A stretch of DNA of 63,457 nt, the filler included, from Myxococcota bacterium (lineage in GTDB: Bacteria; Myxococcota_C; UBA6777): assembly GCA_023150835.1 (NCBI GenBank). It is 3 parts of 3 records of this genome, joined end to end, with 100 filler letters (N's around TTAATTAATTAA, not from the genome) between each part and the next. Parts side by side here need not be neighbours in the genome. Positions count along the whole stretch, not along the records: positions 1 to 25,829 come from JAKLKB010000097.1; 2 more parts are not named here. One strand, written 5' to 3'. A program made the position numbers and the translations under genes. Below, piece by piece: positions 16,477 through 25,929 of this stretch; within the stretch, counting starts at the first letter, position 1; each line of letters begins with the position of its first letter. The notes below the pieces were generated by a model. It saw only the letters and a program-made list of their open reading frames with translations, made no database searches and had not been told where the DNA came from.

Positions 16477-19083
16477 ATGGAGGATCGGATGCAGTTGTGG
16501 GAAGCGTTTTTGCGGGTGGTGAGCGCGGAGTTACAGCCGAAGATGCCGGCATGGTATGCGTCTTATCGGGGGGCGCAAGGGCGCGAAGATATCGAAGGGT
16601 TCTTGGTGTACATGGAGGCGGAAGGTCTGTTGACAAGGCCGATGGTGCAGTCGTTGCGGATCGCTTGGCAGGCCGCGTCATTTCAGTCCCGTGTTGCGGG
16701 AGGCTTGGAGGCTGGTGAGGACGATGAATTAGACGGCGCGACGATGATGGGGGCGGATTACGTTTCGCCGTTCGCGGCGTCGAAGCTCACAGAGGCATCG
16801 ACGGTGGCTCCAAAGGTTGCGGTGCCTGATCCCAAGGCTGCGGTGGTGATGGCCAAAAATAGCGTATCTTCGGGGAGTTTGGCGAAGGTATCAAAAGCAG
16901 CAGAAAAGGAAGAAGATGAGGCTCCTGTGGAGGCTTTTTTGCCGACGTTGATGGCGCAACCCAAGGCGCAAGGGGCAAAAGCCCCATCCAAGGGGCAAAA
17001 GCCGGGGCGACGTGCGGTGCAGGAGGGCGAGTGGGTGTTGGAAGACCCACATCATCGGGTTGTGGAGTCGATCGGTGAAGGGGGGATGGGGTACGTTTTT
17101 AATGCGTGGGAAGACACGTTAGGACGAAACGTAGCGTTCAAGCAATTGAAGCCGACGTTGCGCCACGATCAAGAAGCGATGGGGCGATTTTTGCGAGAAG
17201 CGCGGGTGACTGCGCAGCTTTCGCACCCGAGTATCGTGCCTGTGTATCAGTTGGTGAAAGGGGTGGATGGCCTGCCTGCGTACACGATGAAGATCATCGA
17301 GGGCGATACCTTGGCGTCTTTGATCTTGTCAGCGCGCAAAGCGTACGAAAAAGGAGAGGAGATACCGGAGTCGTTGTCGTTGGAGCAGCGGCTGGAGCAT
17401 TTTTTGAAGGTGTGCGATGCGATGGCTTATGCCCACAGCAAGGGGATCTTGCATCGCGATCTCAAGCCCGGGAACGTGATGATCGGGCCATTTGGGGAGG
17501 TGTATGTGGTGGATTGGGGGGTTGCGCGCTTGATGCAAGAAGCGCAAGACCAGATCTCGATCATGCCGTCGGATGGTGGGGAGTTTTCAACGCGGATCGG
17601 TCAATTGATCGGCACGCCCAACTATATGTCGCCCGAACAAGCGCGGGGAGCGATCGATCAGATGGATGGCCGCAGCGATCTGTTTGCGCTTGGGGCGATC
17701 CTGTTTGAGTTGGTGTTTTTGAAAAAAGCGTTCGAGGGCGATAACCTTGTGGTGGTCTTGAACAAGGTGAATACGGGAGATATCGCGCCGATGGTTCCGA
17801 ACTATCCGAAGCAAGAAAAAATCCCGTCGGATCTGGTCGCGATCATCCGAAAAGCTTGTGCGTTGGAGATCAAAGATCGGTATGCGTCGGTGCAAGATCT
17901 CGCGGAGGACTTGCGGCACTTTTTGCGAAACGAGCCGATCAAAGCAGCGCCGTGGTCGGCGTTTCGGCGCATCGGTCGATTTTTGGCGCGTCGTCGGGCG
18001 GTGTTGTTTGCGTTGGTGGTGATCTTGGTGTTGCTGGGGGCAGGGAGCAACTTTTGGTATCTAAGCCGACAGCAAGAGGCCAAGCTGGAAGAACGCAAAG
18101 AACAAGCCGAGCTATTGCGCCGATTGACGGAGCTTTACCAGAGCGGGCTGAAGCTGGATCGCTTTTTTTACCAAGCCGAGCGGCTGTTGGGTCAGTTGGC
18201 GGCCTCTGCGCAGATCGCGTTGCTGCCGAGCGAAACGCAAAAGCCGCAGAAGTTTTATTTGAGCGAAGATTTTACGCCCAAAGATCTACAAAAATCGACG
18301 TTTTACCAAGACTCTGTTAGCCTCGAATGGCCTGTGATCAAGCTGGCTCCGAGCGCAAAACAGCGCTTTGATCGGGCCAAAAAAGATCGGCCATTTCAGG
18401 CTCTTTTGCAACGGCTGGTTTTGTTGCGTGGGGCCTTGTATGACACGGTGTTTCAAAGTGAAGAGATCTCGGTAGATGGGGCCAAAAAGCGAAGCCATGA
18501 GGTGATGTTGCGCAGCGGTTTTCCGATCTCGTCGTCTTTTGTGGCGACGCAGGAAGGGATCGAGTTGAGCTATCCGGGACGAAGCGGATATCCCGACGAG
18601 TACGATCCAAGAGAGCGGGACTGGTTCACGCAGGCTTCGGCGCGTCGGGGATTTTTGTGGAGCGATCCGTTTGTGAGCGTCCACAAGTCGGCACAAGCGA
18701 CGTTGGTATGTAGTACGGCGATCTTGGACAAAGACAAGCGCTTTTTGGGGGCAGCGGGGATCAAGATCCGACTGAACGAGATGACCGCGCATCTTGGGCA
18801 GATCGCACGTGGGCTGCCGTGGGCGCGAGATGCGGTGCTGGTGGATGCGCGTGGGCGTGTGATGGCGCGTGCTTTTGTGCAACTGCCGCGTTTTGTGCAG
18901 AGAACCACGAAGAAGAGCTTGGATCTTCCGCGTTTTCACAAGGAAGCGTTGTTGAAACAGATGGCAAAAAAGAACAAGACTTCTTATCTCGTGGAACGCC
19001 AAGGGGTGGTCTCCGAGTTGTGGGCGTATACGCCTTTGGAATCCGTAGGTTGGTATCTTGTGGTGAGTTCGGAGTGGCGCTAA
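16477..19083 (+). CDS. Transmembrane Ser/Thr kinase with extracytoplasmic Cache-like sensor domain
   Basis: GEGGMG, HRDLKPGN, DWG, GTPNYMSPEQ; TM helix; YDPRERDWF...WSDPF dCache-like motif. Confidence 0.9.
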   Translation: MEDRMQLWEAFLRVVSAELQPKMPAWYASYRGAQGREDIEGFLVYMEAEGLLTRPMVQSLRIAWQAASFQSRVAGGLEAGEDDELDGATMMGADYVSPFAASKLTEASTVAPKVAVPDPKAAVVMAKNSVSSGSLAKVSKAAEKEEDEAPVEAFLPTLMAQPKAQGAKAPSKGQKPGRRAVQEGEWVLEDPHHRVVESIGEGGMGYVFNAWEDTLGRNVAFKQLKPTLRHDQEAMGRFLREARVTAQLSHPSIVPVYQLVKGVDGLPAYTMKIIEGDTLASLILSARKAYEKGEEIPESLSLEQRLEHFLKVCDAMAYAHSKGILHRDLKPGNVMIGPFGEVYVVDWGVARLMQEAQDQISIMPSDGGEFSTRIGQLIGTPNYMSPEQARGAIDQMDGRSDLFALGAILFELVFLKKAFEGDNLVVVLNKVNTGDIAPMVPNYPKQEKIPSDLVAIIRKACALEIKDRYASVQDLAEDLRHFLRNEPIKAAPWSAFRRIGRFLARRRAVLFALVVILVLLGAGSNFWYLSRQQEAKLEERKEQAELLRRLTELYQSGLKLDRFFYQAERLLGQLAASAQIALLPSETQKPQKFYLSEDFTPKDLQKSTFYQDSVSLEWPVIKLAPSAKQRFDRAKKDRPFQALLQRLVLLRGALYDTVFQSEEISVDGAKKRSHEVMLRSGFPISSSFVATQEGIELSYPGRSGYPDEYDPRERDWFTQASARRGFLWSDPFVSVHKSAQATLVCSTAILDKDKRFLGAAGIKIRLNEMTAHLGQIARGLPWARDAVLVDARGRVMARAFVQLPRFVQRTTKKSLDLPRFHKEALLKQMAKKNKTSYLVERQGVVSELWAYTPLESVGWYLVVSSEWR

Positions 19084-20906
19084 TGGCGGTGCAGCGGTGG
19101 TGGCAAGCATGGAGCAATCAAGTCCATCGGTGGTGGCATCGACGCGCCTTGCCGGTGTGGTATACGCCCGCGTATCGGTTGCCTGTGGCGCAACTGGATG
19201 TGGCGACGGGTTTGGAACCAAGGCGTGCGGACTTTGCGATCTGGTATCTGTTGGAGCGGCGCGTGGTGGATCTGGCGGATGTTCGGGAGCCTGTGCGGAT
19301 CCGTTATCGTGATATCGCTCGTGTGCATACGTGCGAGTACTTGGAATCGTTGTCACAGCCCGAGGCGTTGGCGCGGATCTTTGCGGTCGATGCGCATCTG
19401 ATCCCTGTGGATGAAGTGATGCGTTCGATCCGTCTTGCTTGTGGTGGAACGTTGGCTGCTGCCAAAGAGGCGCTGCATACGCGCTCTGCGACGCTCAACT
19501 TGCTTGGCGGTTTTCATCATGCAAGCCCTTCGAGTGGTGGGGGGTTTTGTGTCCTCAATGATATCGCGATCGCGATCGCGGTTTTGCGCAGCGAAGGCTT
19601 TTGCGAACAGATCGTCGTGCTGGACTTTGACGCCCATCCTCCCGATGGTTTGGCCGACTGCCTTGTCAACGATCCGCTGGTGTGGATCGGTTCGCTCTCA
19701 GGTTCGGATTGGGGACCGCTGCCTTGTGTGGATGAAACGGTCTTGCCGCGCAGGGCCGAGGATCGTGTGTATCTGGAGGCGCTCGACAGGCTGTTGGCAC
19801 GGATGCCTCCGCCTGCGCTGGCGTTTGTGATCGCGGGCGGCGACGTCTTGGCGGGCGATATGCTGGGGATGTTGGGGATGACGCTTGCAGGAGCGCGCAA
19901 ACGCGATCTGGCTGTCAAAAAGGCGATGGCAGGGGTTCCTTCGGTGTGGGTGCCGGGGGGCGGATACCACCGCGATACATGGAAGCTGTTGGCAGGGACG
20001 GGGATGGCGTTGGCGCTGGATGCGGCGACCCTGATCCCAGAGACGTATGATCCCTTGCGTGCGCGATTTACACGCATCGCACAAAAGATTACAAGCGAAT
20101 CCCTCGAAGGTGAGGCATGGATCACCAACGATGATCTGGCCGAGGCTTTGGGGATGCCCTCTTCTCAACACTATCGGTTGTTGGACTTTTATACCGCCGA
20201 AGGCATCGAATACGCCTTGTTTCGGTACGGTCTTAGTGATCACGTTCGGCGCTTGGGGTATGGCACACCGCGTGTGGTGATCGACCGAACCAGCGTCGGT
20301 GATCGGATGCGCGTGTATGCGGAGGGCGGAGGGGCCGAGCATCTGATCGCGGAGCTTGTGGTCGAAAAGCAAGAAGCCGAGAATGCGTCGGTGTTGTACA
20401 TTCATTGGTTGACGCTTCGTCATGGGATGGCAACCTTTGGTTCGGAACGACCGCAGCTTCCGGGGCAAGAAAAACCCGGCTTGGGTTTGGCGCGTGAAGC
20501 GGGTGAGATGTTGTTGCGGATGGCCGAACGATTGGGCCTCAAGGGTGTGATGCTTCGTCCTGCGTGGTACCATATCGCTTATGCGATGCGTGTGGACTTT
20601 CGGTTTGTTGAGCCTGCGCGGCAGGGTCGTTTTGAGGCGTTGATTCGCGATCTTGCGGGGATTCCTTTGCGAGAAGCCACGCAACTTGTCGCGCAAGAAT
20701 TGGTCGAGATGGACGGACAGACGTATCTTTGGGAACCCGAACCCATGGTTTACTGGCTTGGAGCACACGAATTCGATCGAACCATCGTCGAACAAGTGCG
20801 CGAACAAGTGCATTTTTCCATCAAAAAGCGGCTCGATGAAGAGACGCTTTCTTCGATCACCACTGCCCACGCTCGCACCACTCTTTCGATGCCTTCTCTT
20901 CCTTAG
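19083..20906 (+). CDS. Histone deacetylase (HDAC/AcuC) family protein with C-terminal extension
   Basis: GGFHHA, GFCVLNDIA, LDFDAHPPDG, GGDVLAGD, GGGY; ATG overlaps the kinase stop (TAATG). Confidence 0.88.
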   Translation: MAVQRWWQAWSNQVHRWWHRRALPVWYTPAYRLPVAQLDVATGLEPRRADFAIWYLLERRVVDLADVREPVRIRYRDIARVHTCEYLESLSQPEALARIFAVDAHLIPVDEVMRSIRLACGGTLAAAKEALHTRSATLNLLGGFHHASPSSGGGFCVLNDIAIAIAVLRSEGFCEQIVVLDFDAHPPDGLADCLVNDPLVWIGSLSGSDWGPLPCVDETVLPRRAEDRVYLEALDRLLARMPPPALAFVIAGGDVLAGDMLGMLGMTLAGARKRDLAVKKAMAGVPSVWVPGGGYHRDTWKLLAGTGMALALDAATLIPETYDPLRARFTRIAQKITSESLEGEAWITNDDLAEALGMPSSQHYRLLDFYTAEGIEYALFRYGLSDHVRRLGYGTPRVVIDRTSVGDRMRVYAEGGGAEHLIAELVVEKQEAENASVLYIHWLTLRHGMATFGSERPQLPGQEKPGLGLAREAGEMLLRMAERLGLKGVMLRPAWYHIAYAMRVDFRFVEPARQGRFEALIRDLAGIPLREATQLVAQELVEMDGQTYLWEPEPMVYWLGAHEFDRTIVEQVREQVHFSIKKRLDEETLSSITTAHARTTLSMPSLP

Positions 20907-20921
20907 ATCGACAACTTCGAG

Positions 20922-21038
20922 TAATACGATATCCGAGTGATGTGTGATCGTAAGATGTTGCGTAGACGCCCGATTCTTGGGCAGCCACACCTGTCTGCCC
21001 CCACACCGTTACGGTAACACGATGGGCGGATTTCGTAT
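20922..21038 (-). repeat. REP-like family A element
   Basis: taatacgatatccgagtgatg...gtagacgcccga...gggcagccacacctgtctgcccc...gcggatttcgtat. Confidence 0.78.
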
Positions 21039-21097
21039 AAGCAGCTTTTTTTGATGCCTTTTTGTTTCGATACCTGTTTTCCATCAAGGGGGCTTGC

Positions 21098-22327
21098 ATG
21101 ACAAGTTCAAAAAAACACAAACGCCAAGATGAGACCCAACCCAAAGCACCACATCGGCCTGTAGGTCTCGGGACCGATCACCAGCTATCTGCTCACGATG
21201 AACACAAGGCCCTAGAGCTACCGCCGCATCCGATGCCAGACGATGCGCACACGCTCTCTGCCCACCCACACACCGAAGTCGACCACCAACTTGCACCGCC
21301 CGAAGAATCCCCGAAACCGCTAGAGCTACCGTCACATCCGACGCCAGACGATGCGCACACGCTCTCTGCTCACCCACACATCGAAGTCGATCACCAACTT
21401 CAAGAACACGTTTCTGCCGAAACCTACGCACTCCCCGCACATCCCGAGATCGCAGCCGATCACCAACTTCCCGCTTTCGATACCTCTCACGCATCCTCTG
21501 GTGTGGGGCCTTGGACGCAACAAGAGCAAGCCTTTCTTTCCGAAGCCGCTCAGTACCTAGAGCATCCGTCTTTTTTGATGCGCGTCGCTGAAAAACTGGG
21601 GAAGCCGTTGGAGTGGCTTGTGTCGCAGCTTCCCGACGTTGCCCACCAAGCCGCACACAAAGCTCTCGAAAAAGCCCTTGAGGTGGCCGTGATGACACTT
21701 CCCGAACAAGTCGACACACCCGCCGAACCATTGCCTGAGGCCGATTGGACACCGACCTTACACACCCTTGCGACCGCTGTTTCGGGCGCTTTGGGTGGAG
21801 CTTTGGGAGTCATGGGGCTGGCTGTAGAGCTTCCTTTTTCTACGGGCGTGATCATGCGCTCGATCGCCTCGATCGCGCAGTCTTATGGCGAAGATATCCG
21901 CGATCCTGCCGTACAACTGGAGTGTCTCGCTGTTCTTAGTCATGGAGGCCCGCCCGATGCTCAGGCTTCGATGGATAGTGCGTATCTGACGAGCCGCGCT
22001 TCGTTGACGGTACTTTTGCGCGAAGCCTCCGGCTTTATGGCGCGTGTTTCTGCGCGTGAGCTTGCGGAGGCCGTCGCCAAAGGAACCGCGCCGCGTGTCT
22101 TGGTTTTGCTTGCGCAGATCGCCAATCGCTTTGGCGTGGTGGTGTCGCAAAAGTTCTTTGCTCAAGCGCTACCTTTGATCGGGGCGTTGGGCGGGGGATT
22201 TGTCAACGCGGCGTTTGCGGATCATTTTCAACGTGTGGCGCGTTACCACTTTGGCATCCGTAGCCTTGAGCGGCGTTATGGATCGGTCTTGGTGTTGGAT
22301 GCTTATCAACAAGTGTTGATCCCCTGA
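21098..22327 (+). CDS. EcsC family protein with His-rich N-terminal repeats
   Basis: LEHPS..., LAVELPFSTGVIMRSI, RFGVVVSQK, GGFVN..F.DHFQRVARYHF..R.LERRYG pattern. Confidence 0.8.
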   Translation: MTSSKKHKRQDETQPKAPHRPVGLGTDHQLSAHDEHKALELPPHPMPDDAHTLSAHPHTEVDHQLAPPEESPKPLELPSHPTPDDAHTLSAHPHIEVDHQLQEHVSAETYALPAHPEIAADHQLPAFDTSHASSGVGPWTQQEQAFLSEAAQYLEHPSFLMRVAEKLGKPLEWLVSQLPDVAHQAAHKALEKALEVAVMTLPEQVDTPAEPLPEADWTPTLHTLATAVSGALGGALGVMGLAVELPFSTGVIMRSIASIAQSYGEDIRDPAVQLECLAVLSHGGPPDAQASMDSAYLTSRASLTVLLREASGFMARVSARELAEAVAKGTAPRVLVLLAQIANRFGVVVSQKFFAQALPLIGALGGGFVNAAFADHFQRVARYHFGIRSLERRYGSVLVLDAYQQVLIP

Positions 22328-22507
22328 ATCTTGCGCGAGGATCGACGCACTGAAAGTTTGTGACGCATTGTGGCACAACCCCGCTTTATCCTGCCTTGAG
22401 CAAGTCAAGATGCACAAGCGTAAAAACAAACACCCAGAAGCGAAGGGGAATCCTCGGACAGTCGGGAGGTTTGTGGTGATGCATTGTGCGACAAGGAGAA
22501 ATGGTCG

Positions 22508-25500
22508 ATGACAAGGTTGGTGATCGCAGAAAAACCCTCGGTTGCGCGGGATCTTGCCCGTGTGTTGGGAGCCACACAAAAGCACAAAGGCTACATCGAA
22601 GGCAATGGTTGGTTGGTGACGTGGTGTGTGGGCCACCTTGTGCAGTTGTGCGAGCCGCACGAGTACGATCCTTCGTGGAAACGTTGGTCGATGCAGGTGT
22701 TGCCGATGCTCCCAGCGCGGTTTCAGCTTCGAGCGAACGAGCAAACCCGCGATCAGTTCGATGTCGTCGAGCGTTTGTTGAAGCGAAAAGATGTCCGCTC
22801 TGTCGTCAATGCTTGTGATGCCGGGCGTGAAGGGGAGCTGATCTTTCGTTATGTTGCGCAACTGGCCGGTTATCAGGGGCCGATCGAGCGTTTGTGGATA
22901 TCGAGCATGACAGACGAAGCCATCCAACAAGGGTTTGCGCGTTTGCGACAAGGCGCGCAGCTTGATCCGCTGTGGGATGCTGCACGCTGCCGCTCAGAGG
23001 CGGACTGGTTGGTGGGTCTCAATGCCACGCGAGCGATGACGCTGCGGGTGCGCAGCGCCGTTCCACAAGGCACGCAAGCTCCGCTCTTTTCGGTCGGTCG
23101 CGTTCAAACCCCCACCTTGGCTTTGATCGTGGAACGCGAAAAAGAGATCGTACACTTTGTCCCCCAAGACTACTGGCAGATCGAAGCTGACTTTCAAGCC
23201 AATGCAGGAAATTATCGTGGGCGCTGGTTTCGTTTGCAAAAACAAGAGGGCGAGCAAGAACCCCAACAGATCGACCGCTTTGACAAAGAACAAGATGCGC
23301 TTGATGTGATCGCACGCATTGAAGGCCAACAAGGCACGATCGCCAAAGTCGAACGAAAACAAGTCAAAGAACCCCCACCGCTGTTGTTTGACCTCAACCG
23401 TCTACAGCGTACTGCCAACAAACGCTACGGTTTTTCTGCCGCACGTACCCTAGAGATCGCACAATCTTTGTACGAAAAACACAAAGTGATCACCTACCCT
23501 CGTACGGATTCGATGTTCCTCTCGAAAGATATGCAAGGCGAGATGAACAAGACCATGAAAGCGCTCGATCAAGCACCCTACGATCCGTTCATCCAATTCT
23601 TGCGCACCCAAGGCAAGCTGCCGATGCCAAAGCGCGTCTTCAATGATGCCAAAGTCTCCGACCACCACGCGATCATCCCCACCACCCGCAAAGCCAATCT
23701 CGCACAACTGACCCCTGATGAACGCAAGATCTATGATCTTGTTGTACGCCGTTTTCTTGGAGCTTTTTTCCCTGACGCCGTGTTTGAAAAGACCCGTGTG
23801 ATCACGGAGATCGCTGGGGAATTGTTTTTGACGCGTGGGAAAGTGGTGGTGAATTCAGGCTGGCGAGAAGTCGCAGGATTCCAAGATGATGTCGGCGGAA
23901 AGCCCCAAAAAAAGGGCAAAGAAGACGAGAGCGAAGATCCCCAAGACAAAGACGAAGACGAACAAGGGATCTTGCCCCCGCTCAAAAAGGGCGAGATGGT
24001 CGCGCTTTTGGCGGCTGAACTGCTCAAGAAAAAAACGCAACCTCCCCCCCGCTACACCGAAGCAAGCCTACTCGCCGCGATGGAAGGAGCCGGAAAACTC
24101 TTGGAGGATGAAGAGCTTCAACAAGCCCTCAAAGACAGCGGACTCGGAACTCCCGCCACCCGCGCAAGCATCATCGAAACCTTGCTCTCTCGCAACTACA
24201 TCTTGCGAAAAGGCAAATCCCTCTGCCCAAGCGAAACAGGGATGCAGCTAATCGATGCCATCCCTGCTCAATCGCTGCGTTCTCCCCAACTGACGGGACA
24301 ATGGGAAGCCTTTCTCTCTCGGATCGCACGCGGTGAAGAACGCGCCGAAGACTTCGACCAAAAAGTACGGGCTTATGTTCAACGTCTGATCGAAGGGATC
24401 CGACAAGCTCCGATCCAACGACTCGCTGTCGCAGGCGCACAAGCCTCTGCCACAAACAGCCCAGAGTCCGCATCAGACGATAAAGCCTCTTCGATGGCCC
24501 CCAAAAACGGCGATCCCAAGGCCCCAAAAGCCAAGTCGTCCAAATCCCCAAAAGCCAGCGATCCCAAAGCCCAAAAAAACCACGCCACTCTCCAAACAAC
24601 CCCTCAACACGAAGAGAGCCTTGAAGACGCCGATGTATCCGAGCCTAGCAATGACGATATGCTTTGCGCTTGCCCATCGTGCGGGGGAAAGATCAAAGTG
24701 TTCCCAAAAGTCTTTGCTTGCATCGGAAAACCGCCAGAGATGGGCTGTGGCTTTCGTGTGTTTGCCGAGATCAAGGGCAAAAAGTTATCGAACGCGATGG
24801 TGCGCGAACTGATCACCAAACGAAAAACCCGCGTACTCAAGGGCTTTGTCAGCAAAACCCAACAGCCCTTTGAAGCCCGCTTGATCCTTGATGATCAACT
24901 TCAAGTCAAGTTCGACTTTTCCGATATCCAACACAGCACAAAAGCACCGTCTCCTCCACCATCGATCCAAACAGCCCAATCCTCCCAAACCGCGAAAACC
25001 ACTCAAACGCAAAGCTCCGTAAAATCATCTCCCTCTACAGGGGCTTTGCCTTCTGCCAAAAAAACCAGAAAAGCCTCTTCCAAAGACACCGTTCTCCCCC
25101 CACCAAAAGGCGCGTTGATCGCGGATATCTTGCAAACCAAACGCACAACCGCCGATCCTTCAAATCATGCAGACGCTTCTCCTCCATCTACCTCCGTTTC
25201 CACCAAAACCATCGCAGATGTCGTGCGAGATACCCCACCAAAACAGCCAACCCAAGGCCACAACGAAGCTTTGGGGGCTTGCCCTCGATGCCACCAAGGC
25301 TCGCTGATCTCGGGGCGTCAAGCGTGGGGATGCAGCCGTTGGCGCGAAGGATGCCACACCATGATCCCCTATACTGTAGAAGGATCGCAGATCGCACCTT
25401 CCGAAGCCAAAAAACTGCTCGCTCGCGGAAGCGTTCGCCCCCTCGAACCGTTTCGTGGCCCACAAGGCCCCTTCTTAGGCGAGATCCGCTTGACTCTCGA

Positions 25501-25549
25501 CCAAGGTGACTCGATTGTCTCCGTCGTTCCTGCAAAAGTACCTGCTTAA
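22508..25549 (+). CDS. topB: DNA topoisomerase III
   Basis: IAEKPSVA, DAGREGE, SVGRVQTPTL, catalytic ITYPRTD, GLGTPATRA; C-terminal zinc-ribbon repeats; SD aaggag. Confidence 0.93.
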   Translation: MTRLVIAEKPSVARDLARVLGATQKHKGYIEGNGWLVTWCVGHLVQLCEPHEYDPSWKRWSMQVLPMLPARFQLRANEQTRDQFDVVERLLKRKDVRSVVNACDAGREGELIFRYVAQLAGYQGPIERLWISSMTDEAIQQGFARLRQGAQLDPLWDAARCRSEADWLVGLNATRAMTLRVRSAVPQGTQAPLFSVGRVQTPTLALIVEREKEIVHFVPQDYWQIEADFQANAGNYRGRWFRLQKQEGEQEPQQIDRFDKEQDALDVIARIEGQQGTIAKVERKQVKEPPPLLFDLNRLQRTANKRYGFSAARTLEIAQSLYEKHKVITYPRTDSMFLSKDMQGEMNKTMKALDQAPYDPFIQFLRTQGKLPMPKRVFNDAKVSDHHAIIPTTRKANLAQLTPDERKIYDLVVRRFLGAFFPDAVFEKTRVITEIAGELFLTRGKVVVNSGWREVAGFQDDVGGKPQKKGKEDESEDPQDKDEDEQGILPPLKKGEMVALLAAELLKKKTQPPPRYTEASLLAAMEGAGKLLEDEELQQALKDSGLGTPATRASIIETLLSRNYILRKGKSLCPSETGMQLIDAIPAQSLRSPQLTGQWEAFLSRIARGEERAEDFDQKVRAYVQRLIEGIRQAPIQRLAVAGAQASATNSPESASDDKASSMAPKNGDPKAPKAKSSKSPKASDPKAQKNHATLQTTPQHEESLEDADVSEPSNDDMLCACPSCGGKIKVFPKVFACIGKPPEMGCGFRVFAEIKGKKLSNAMVRELITKRKTRVLKGFVSKTQQPFEARLILDDQLQVKFDFSDIQHSTKAPSPPPSIQTAQSSQTAKTTQTQSSVKSSPSTGALPSAKKTRKASSKDTVLPPPKGALIADILQTKRTTADPSNHADASPPSTSVSTKTIADVVRDTPPKQPTQGHNEALGACPRCHQGSLISGRQAWGCSRWREGCHTMIPYTVEGSQIAPSEAKKLLARGSVRPLEPFRGPQGPFLGEIRLTLDQGDSIVSVVPAKVPA

Positions 25550-25555
25550 AAAACA

Positions 25556-25590
25556 AAAAGAGTCCACGGAAAACACGGAAAACACGGAAG
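25556..25590 (-). repeat. Repeat family D fragment
   Basis: aaagagtccacggaaaacacggaa is the reverse complement of motifs in 46941-47004 and 58760-58821. Confidence 0.55.
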
Positions 25591-25829
25591 AAGAAGAGGA
25601 AGAAGAGGAAGAAGAGGAAGAAGAGGAAGAAGAGGAAGAAGAGGAAGAAGAGGAAGAAGAGGAAGAAGAGGAAGAAGAGGAAGAAGAGGAAGAAGAGGAA
25701 GAAGAGGTAGAAGAGGTAGAAGAGGTAGAAGAGGTAGAAGAGGTAGAAGAGGTAGAAGAGGTAGAAGAGGTAGAAGAGGTAGAAGAGGTAGAAGAGGTAG
25801 AAGAGGTAGAAGAGGTAGAAGAGGTAGAA
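25587..25829. repeat. 9-bp tandem repeat, (GAAGAAGAG)n switching to (GTAGAAGAG)n
   Basis: Directly visible; runs into the assembly gap. Confidence 0.95.
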
Positions 25830-25929
25830 NNNNNNNNNNNNNNNNNNNNNNNNNNNNNNNNNNNNNNNNNNNNTTAATTAATTAANNNNNNNNNNNNNNN
25901 NNNNNNNNNNNNNNNNNNNNNNNNNNNNN
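25830..25929. other. Assembly gap with artificial linker
   Basis: N run with TTAATTAATTAA (stops in all six frames). Confidence 0.97.

Noticed and set aside
25506-25877. Poly-Glu ORF
   Set aside because: It is the translation of a microsatellite running into Ns, with no support as a gene.
25830-25929. TTAATTAATTAA as a biological motif (also at 51783-51794)
   Set aside because: It is an artificial six-frame stop linker inside N runs.
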